Of a DNA stretch of 64,000 nucleotides, positions 56,422-64,000 are shown piece after piece; the stretch's first letter is position 1, and each line of letters opens with the position of its first letter. A program made the position numbers and the translations under genes. The notes under the pieces are model-generated. The model was not told where the DNA came from, made no database searches, and saw only the letters and a program-made list of their open reading frames with translations. The stretch lies in the NCBI RefSeq assembly GCF_009914755.1, contig NC_060929.1. One strand, given 5' to 3'. Source of the stretch: the human T2T-CHM13v2.0 reference genome, Homo sapiens.

Positions 56422-57260
56422 ATAGCTATATCTTCAGCACTTTCACAGTGCCTAGGATGAAATAACCTTATTAATCCTTTATTGCCTTGTACAGTGGAGT
56501 CCAATGTTAAATGAGAAAACACATACAACTCTATCTCACTCTCACTCTTTCTCTCACACACACACACCCTTTTTTCCTCTTTAAAATGTGTAAAGTGTAG
56601 GTAATGAATTAGTTGTAACGGCACTGTCCTAGTTTCCAGGCTATAAACTCATCACTGTAATAACTACAAAGCCTCTACAGTAATGGCATATGAGTAGGAA
56701 TTTGTGAGATGAAATTTTTGGCAGTTCATTAGTAAATTCGGGTTTTGCCTCAGCCTTAGGAAACAGAAGGGATCCCAGAAGGTACAGCAATCAGCAGATG
56801 AACTAACCCTCCCCCTCAATAATGTGAAATGCTATTTTAAAAGAATTAAACAATGAGAAATAAAGCCTGGGAAATGAAATAATAGCTCATTAAAAATAAT
56901 CTTTTTGAGTTATGTGGGATGGGAGAGAATACATTCTAATCATCACCATAATTCAAATATGTGGTAGTTTCAAAGGAATTTTATTGTGTGTTCCCCTGAA
57001 GTCCTTTAACACTGGTTAGCTAAATGCTTCAAGGTCTGTGCTGTGCTTTAATTCATCTTTGTGTCCCTGGCACTAATCAGAGTGCCAGCGTGTCTTAATG
57101 CTTGAAAATATTTGTTGGAAAAATAAATGAGAGAACGAACTAAGAGCATTTAATAAAAGACATGGAAAATATTTACTCCACAAGTTTTATATGACCTGGA
57201 GAAGAGGCTGAAATTGACATAGACGTGAATTGTAGGCAGAATGCCACTAAAGGGGTTCTT

Positions 57261-57575
<315 letters not shown>

Positions 57576-58249
57576 TCAGACTGGCCTGGGTGTATTGGTT
57601 CCTCCTCCAAAGTCAACCCTAAGAAAACTATAAAATCTAGAGGAAAGCATGGATTTGAGGAATGAAAAATGAAAAGCCAGAGGATCCACGAAGAGTCTAA
57701 GGTCTGTTTTGCCAGTTAGTGAGTTTTGAATTGGTGATGTGTAACGTATAGCACAGAGGTTCAGGTAGAAGCCGTGAGGGCATAGGTTGTAAGATGCCCT
57801 TTAGCTTTGCTGCTGCCCTTTTCTCCTCAGAAATTGGATGCAATACCCTAGGCCTCCAATTTTGGAAAGGAGCAGAGGTAAGATCAGGGCTATGCGAGAG
57901 CCATGTTGGTATGAGTGGACACAGAACCTGCAGGCTAGGCAGACACACCCAGCCATTCACTTCTCCACCCTCCAGCCCCCAGCAATGGAAGATGAGGAGC
58001 CCTGTCTCCTCTCAGTGCTGCTGCAGCACAAGGTTAAGGGTGAAACAATGATCAGAGGAGGAGCTTGGTTGATTGGAAATGAATGGGAGCATTTAGCCAT
58101 CTTTTTATTGTTTTCAGAGCTCTGTGCCCAAGGGCTTTTCCCCTTCGATATTTCTATATTCTTCTGGATGCACACCAACCACAGCTTTCAGCCCTCCTGT
58201 TACAGACTCCAGACAGAGTAGCAGGTTCCCCATGATGTGAATTCACAGG

Positions 58250-59975
58250 CTAAAATAGCAAGACATTTGAGGAGGACAGTTATTAGCAAACAAAGGCCAC
58301 AAAGGTGAAATGTATATCATCTGATGTAGAATAATTGGAAGATACAAAAAAGAATTTAAAATAAGCATAATAAATGTATTTACAAGTAAAGGAAGATGTT
58401 TGCAAAGTAAAGAATGAACAAAAAAATCATAAAAAGAGCCAAATGGTACAACAAGAATGCAAAATGTCAGAAATAACTCAGTAGTTAGAACAAATATTAG
58501 AATATGTAGAGATTAAAAGTAGAAGATTAGATGAATGAACTATTGCAGAAGGCAGCAAGAACAAAATAAAGGTGGAAGACATAAAGGATTCAGTAGCTGG
58601 AAATTTTGGAAAATAAAAATACCAATATCTGAGAATAGAAATCCTAGAAAGTGGAAGAAAAAAGAAAACAGGAAATATCTGAAGAAATAATTAAGATATG
58701 TTTTCTAGAGTTAAAAAAAATGTTGAAAGATGTCAGATTGAAGAGGCTCAAATTGGAAGAAATAAGGCTAACGTGATACTATAGTGAATGTTAAGGGTAA
58801 ATAAACTTTCAGAAAAAACAAATCACCTACAAAATAATAAAAATTAGACTGGCATTGGCCTTTTTAACAGCAAATTTGGAAGCAAGAAGTTGAAGAAGTT
58901 AAGTTTCTCTAAAGGGGAAAAAAAAAAACTGATACATCTAGCCAATCATCATTCAAATGTGAGGACAGGCTGGGCACGGTGGCTCATGCCTATAATCCCA
59001 GCATTTTGGGAGGCTGAGGTGAGTAGATCACCTTAGGTCAGGATTTTGAAACCAGCCTGGCCAACATGGTAAAATCCCATCTCTACTAAAAAAAAAAATA
59101 CAAAAATTAGGCTCGCGTGGTGGCACACACCTCTAGTCCCAGCTACTGGGGAGGCTGAGGATGGAGAATCACTTGAACCCAGGGGCAGGGGTTGCAGTGA
59201 GCCGAGATTGTGCCACTGCACTCCAGCCTGGACAACAGAGTGAGACTCCCTCTCAAATTAAAAAAAAAAAAAGGACATAATACACAATATTCTTAGACAT
59301 ATAGGGCCTAGAAGTTTTCTCATATGGAGGCACATACTAGAAATATGCTTTAAAAAGGTACTCATAGAAGAAAAAATAGTTCAGGAGAATTTGATAAGTG
59401 ATATGGAAACGAGAGAAATGAAATAATTTGGTTCAATTTACGGTTTAAAAAAATGCTTTAGTACATCAAAAGAAAAAGATAAAATATATTTATAACAATT
59501 AAGATCTAAAATATAGACAATAAAGGAGAACATAGATACTGATAAATGTGGGAAATTAATAAGACTAAATAGACTTTAGATGTGGTCTTAAATTAAAGGC
59601 AGAAATCATGAATACAAATGTATGATATGTAATTTTTATATCTGAAGAACAAAAGTTGTTTATATAGGGGAAAGTAACAAAGGAGAAGATGGCAAAAATG
59701 TGGAGAATATGTAAAAAGTCAAATAAGACAGCTGAAATGTCATAGTAATTAAAATAATTACAAATGAGAAATACAGCAAAGTCTCAGACTGCATTTTTAA
59801 CCACAAGAAAAATGATCCCAAACAATGCTTTTTGCATAAGGATAAGCTTAATACAAAAAGATTCAGAAATATTTAAAATAAAGGATGAAAAATATTGACC
59901 AAGTAAATAGGAACCAAAACTAATATCGGATAGTACTCTTAATATTTAACAAAATATAATTCGAAGAAAAAAATA
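58250..59975 (+). mobile_element. Old L1M relic (ORF1 into ORF2 endonuclease region), interrupted by an Alu
   Basis: A-rich; CAAATCACCTACAAA...AATTAGACTGGCA...GGAAGCAAGAAG (ORF1 3' part) and AAAATAAAGGATGAAAAATAT (ORF2 start); no open frame. Confidence 0.65.
58968..59271 (+). mobile_element. Alu SINE, AluSx/Sz-like
   Basis: Full dimer, A tail, TSD AGGACA. Confidence 0.96.
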
Positions 59976-60251
59976 CTGGTGTAATGAGTAGATTTGTTCA
60001 AGATTTTCCTCCGGGTTACCTAGGAGCCAGCTAGAATCAGCCTCTCATTCATCTTTTCTCCCAGGAGAAGAAACTGCATCTGAACTCAGATTCCCATGGG
60101 GCACATGGCCCCACCCTGAAAATTAGAAGAGATGTAATTACAGACAATTTGTGTAAAGAGTCATTATCTGTATCCAAAATGCCTAGCATCCACAGAATTG
60201 GTATCTATTTTCATTGATAAATTGGCAGCCATGTTTTCCCTGTAAAAAAGC

Positions 60252-60367
60252 TCAATAAGGGATTCAGTGCTGCCCCTGAAAACTAGACTCACCCTGTGGG
60301 GTCTTGTCCCTGATATTCCTCTCTGTGGGATGACCAGAGGGTGGGGCAGCACTGAATCCCTTACTGA
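60252..60367. repeat. Inverted repeat (25-bp arms, 21 bp perfect) overlapping a 12-bp tandem triplet (60351-60386)
   Basis: TAAGGGATTCAGTGCTGCCCC (60256-60276) vs GGGGCAGCACTGAATCCCTTA (60343-60363); ACTGAATCC x3. Confidence 0.96.
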
Positions 60368-60538
60368 ATCCCTCACTGAATCCTCTCCTTTTCTTTTATC
60401 TTGTAGATTCTTGGCTTTATGAGATGTCCATTTCTTCTTAACATTTACCAGATAATACTATACAATTTGTCCTGAGCACTGGTGTCATAGGGGAGCAGCC
60501 ACTAAAGAACCTAACCTGACTGAGACAAAAAAGAGGAT

Positions 60539-61201
<663 letters not shown>

Positions 61202-61730
61202 TTCCTGTCTTCTTATATTAAGAAAAAACGAAATAGTGGTAAAGCATTGGGGCAGCGAAAATTTTTTTGGGGGTGGCATGGACAGATAATGGGCGATGTT
61301 TCTCAGGGCTGCTTGGAGCGGGATTAAGGGCGAAATGGGAACCTAGAGTGGGAGAGATTAAGCTGAAGGAAGATTTTGTGGTGAGGGGTGATATTGTGGG
61401 GTTGTTAGAAGAAACATTTGTCATATAGAATTATTGGTGATGGCCTGGATATGGTTTTGTATGAACTGAAAAACTAAAGGGAATAAGAGGAGAAAAACAG
61501 ATTAAGAGAAGGAAAAAAAAGGATTAAGAATTGGGAGGACCCAGGACATTCAATTAGACAGTGCCCAAGGGGGTTCAGCGTAATTACTTGCTTGGTTGGT
61601 AAGTTTTGGGGCTTTATCCAAGTTTTTGGGGTGCAGTTCAGGTGTGAGGAAGAAAATAGATTTTGGAAGTTATGAGAACTGTAGAGAGTGAGTTGAGCAT
61701 AGTTTGTGATTTTAAGGGCCTCTAAAAGTA

Positions 61731-62620
61731 TTAGGGCAGCGGCAGCCGCTGCATGCAGACTTGAGGGCTAGGCAAAACAGTAAGGGCAAGTTGTTTGGAC
61801 AACAAGGCTACAGGGCACGGTCCCGGTTCTTGTGTAAGAATTCCGACTGCACAGCCCTGCACTTCGGCTGAATCAGGGAGAACTAGGGTGGGGGCAGTCT
61901 CTAAAGCTGTCTTCAAGGAATGGAAAGAGGAGTGGGGAAAGGATTTAGAAACTATGGGGTCAGCTAGATTTCCTTTTGTGAGTTTATATAATGGTTTTGT
62001 TAGGATGGCAAAACCAGGTATCTAAAGTCAAAAGTATCCAACCATGCCTAGGAAGGAAAGGAGTTGTTGTTTTGTAGAAGGCGGGGTTTGAGAGATCAGT
62101 CAGACACAATTGGCAGGGAGAGCACGTGTGTTTTTATGAGAATTATGTCAAGATAGGTAACAGATGAGGAAGAAATTTGGGCTTGACTGAAGTAATGGGG
62201 GCTGTCTGTGAAGGCTTGCGGCAGTACAGCCCAGGTAATTTGCTGAGCCTGATGGGTGTCAGGGTCAGTCCAAGTGAAAGCAAAGAGAGGCTGGGATGAA
62301 GGGTGCAAAGGAATAGTAAAGAAAGCATGTTAGAGATCCAGAACAAAATAATGGGTTGTGGAGAGGGGTATTGAGGATAGGAGAGTATATGGGTTTGGCA
62401 GCACGGGGTGGATAGGCAAAACAATCTGGTTGATAAGGCTCAGATCCTGAACCAACCTGTAAGCCTTGTCTGGTTTTAGGACAGGTAAAATGGGGGAATT
62501 GTAAGGAGAGTTTATAGGCTTTAAAAGGCCATGCTGTGACAGGAGAGTGATAACAGGTTTTAATCCTTTTAAAGCGTGCTGTGGGTGGGATATTGGCATT
62601 GAATGGGGTAAGGGTGATTA
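61731..62620 (-). pseudogene. pol: HERV-H pol relic (reverse transcriptase and connection domain), broken by stops, frameshifts and deletions
   Basis: Translated fragments SPYNSPILPVLKPDKAYRLVQDL, YFVLDL, FAFTWTDP...TWAVLPQAFTDSP, LETAPTLVLPD, GILTQ...PVALLSKQL; no YxDD motif. Confidence 0.92.
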
Positions 62621-63139
62621 GGTTTCAATGGGATGGTAAGGTGTGCATGATCAGTCACCAAGGAGGGAGTAGAGGTATCCTATACTTGTGGGTTAAGGTG
62701 CGGGGATACGAGAGGAGGATGTGAAGGAGGCTCTGAATTGGGGAAAAGGGCGGCAATGAGGTGTGGCTGTAGTCCAGGAACAGTCAGGGAAGCAGATAAT
62801 TTAGTTGAAATGTCTTGGCCTAATAAGGGAACTGGGCAGGTGGAGATAACTAAAAAAGAGTGCTTAAAAGAATGTTGTCTAAGTTGGCACTAGAGTGGGG
62901 GAGTTTTAAGAGGTTTAGAAGCCTGGCCATCAATACCCACAACAGTTATGGAGGCAATGGAAACAGGCCCTTGAAAAGAAGGTAATGTGGAGTGGGTAGC
63001 CTCCGTATTGATTAAGAAGGGGACGGACTTACCCTCCACTGTAAGAGTTACTCAGAGCATCTGTGATGGTCCTGTAGGCTTCCAAGGCAATCAGGCAGTG
63101 TCACTCTTCAGCTGCTAAGCAGAGACGATCTGGGAAGGA

Positions 63140-63820
63140 ATCAGTCAGAGAGCCTTGGGCCAGAGTTCCAGGGGCTCTGGAAGTGGCTGCCAGGTGAGTT
63201 GAACAGTCCGATTTTCATTGGGGTCCCACACAGATGGGACACGGTTAGGAGGAATCCCAGGCTGTGGGCATTCCTTGGCCCAGTGGCCAGATTTCCGGCA
63301 TGTGTAGCAAGCTCCTGGGGGAGGAGGTTCTGGAGGAACCCCTGGCAGCTGCGGTTCAGGCGTTTGGAGTTCTTGTGTGCTGGAGATGTGGCTGGGGTTT
63401 GTCTTACAGTGGAGGCAAGGAATTGCAACTCAGAAATACATTGCTACTTGGCTGCCTCTATTATTGTACACCTTGAAGGCAAGGTTAATTAAGTCCTGTT
63501 GTGGGGTTTGAGGGCCGGAATTTAATTTTTGGAGTTTTATTTCATGTCAGGAGCAGATTGGGTAATAAAATGTATATTGAGAATAACACGGCCTTTTGAC
63601 CTTTTAGGGTCTAGGGCTGTAAAGCATCTCAAGGTTGCTGCCAAATGAGCCATGAACTGGGTTGGGTTTTTCATATTTGATGAAAAAGAGCCTAAATGCT
63701 AACTGATTTTGGGAGAGGTCGGATAAAGAAAAAGGAGTATTAACCTTGAGTATACCTTTAGCTCCAGCCACCTTTTTAAGAGGAAATTGCTGGGCAGGTT
63801 GGGGAGGGCTAGTCACAGAA
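63140..63820 (-). pseudogene. gag: HERV-H gag relic including the nucleocapsid CCHC knuckle
   Basis: CYTCRKSGHWAKEC at 63268-63309 (minus); PAQQFPLKKVAGAKG capsid-start-like segment; frames disrupted. Confidence 0.88.
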
Positions 63821-64000
63821 TGAAACTGTAAGCTGGCCCAGGTGTGAGGAGGGGAGGTGATAAAAGGATTATAGGGTGGGGGAGCAGAGGCTGAGGAAGA
63901 ATTGGGACCTGGCGAGGAGCAACCTGGGGTCGGGGGGAGAAGTCAGATGGGTCTGCAGAAAAGGAAGATTAGAAAGACTCAGTGACGCTTGGGGTTGGGA

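Larger units (their letters stand above)
61202..64000 (-). mobile_element. HERV-H internal region, deleted type, continues past the window
   Basis: Only about 0.5 kb separates the pol connection region from the 3' LTR, so env/IN/RNase H are largely missing; RT and gag motifs upstream. Confidence 0.95.

Noticed and set aside
57794-58221. Cluster of 73-127 aa ORFs in a GC-richer patch
   Set aside because: No recognisable domain; lies just upstream of the L1M relic and may be its decayed 5' region.

Overview
Human genomic DNA: a near-consensus human-specific AluYb8 lies at 44.5-44.8 kb. The window is AT-rich, CpG-poor, repeat-dense and intergenic or deep-intronic. I find no supportable protein-coding gene, RNA gene or CpG island; the ORF track is explained by Alu, microsatellite, ERV and chance ORFs. 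Main content: about 20 Alus, a two-LTR MSTB MaLR element carrying three Alus, a MER11 (HML-8) solo LTR inside an Alu, several ERVL/MaLR solo LTRs, old L1/L2/L3/MIR fragments, Tigger and hAT MITEs, a complex (TA)n/GTCCC minisatellite, and the 3' part of a minus-strand HERV-H provirus (LTR7 plus decayed env/pol/pro/gag) running off the right edge. I do not see a new biological system. The best leads are the LTR7 with a SOX-type ACAAAAGA motif, an unexplained ~115-nt hairpin 0.45 kb downstream of it, a copy-level 98-bp duplication in the MER11 LTR, a possibly polymorphic AluYb8 and an unidentified 128-bp insertion. Repeat family names come from recalled consensus sequences, not from a RepeatMasker run, and boundaries of old elements are approximate.
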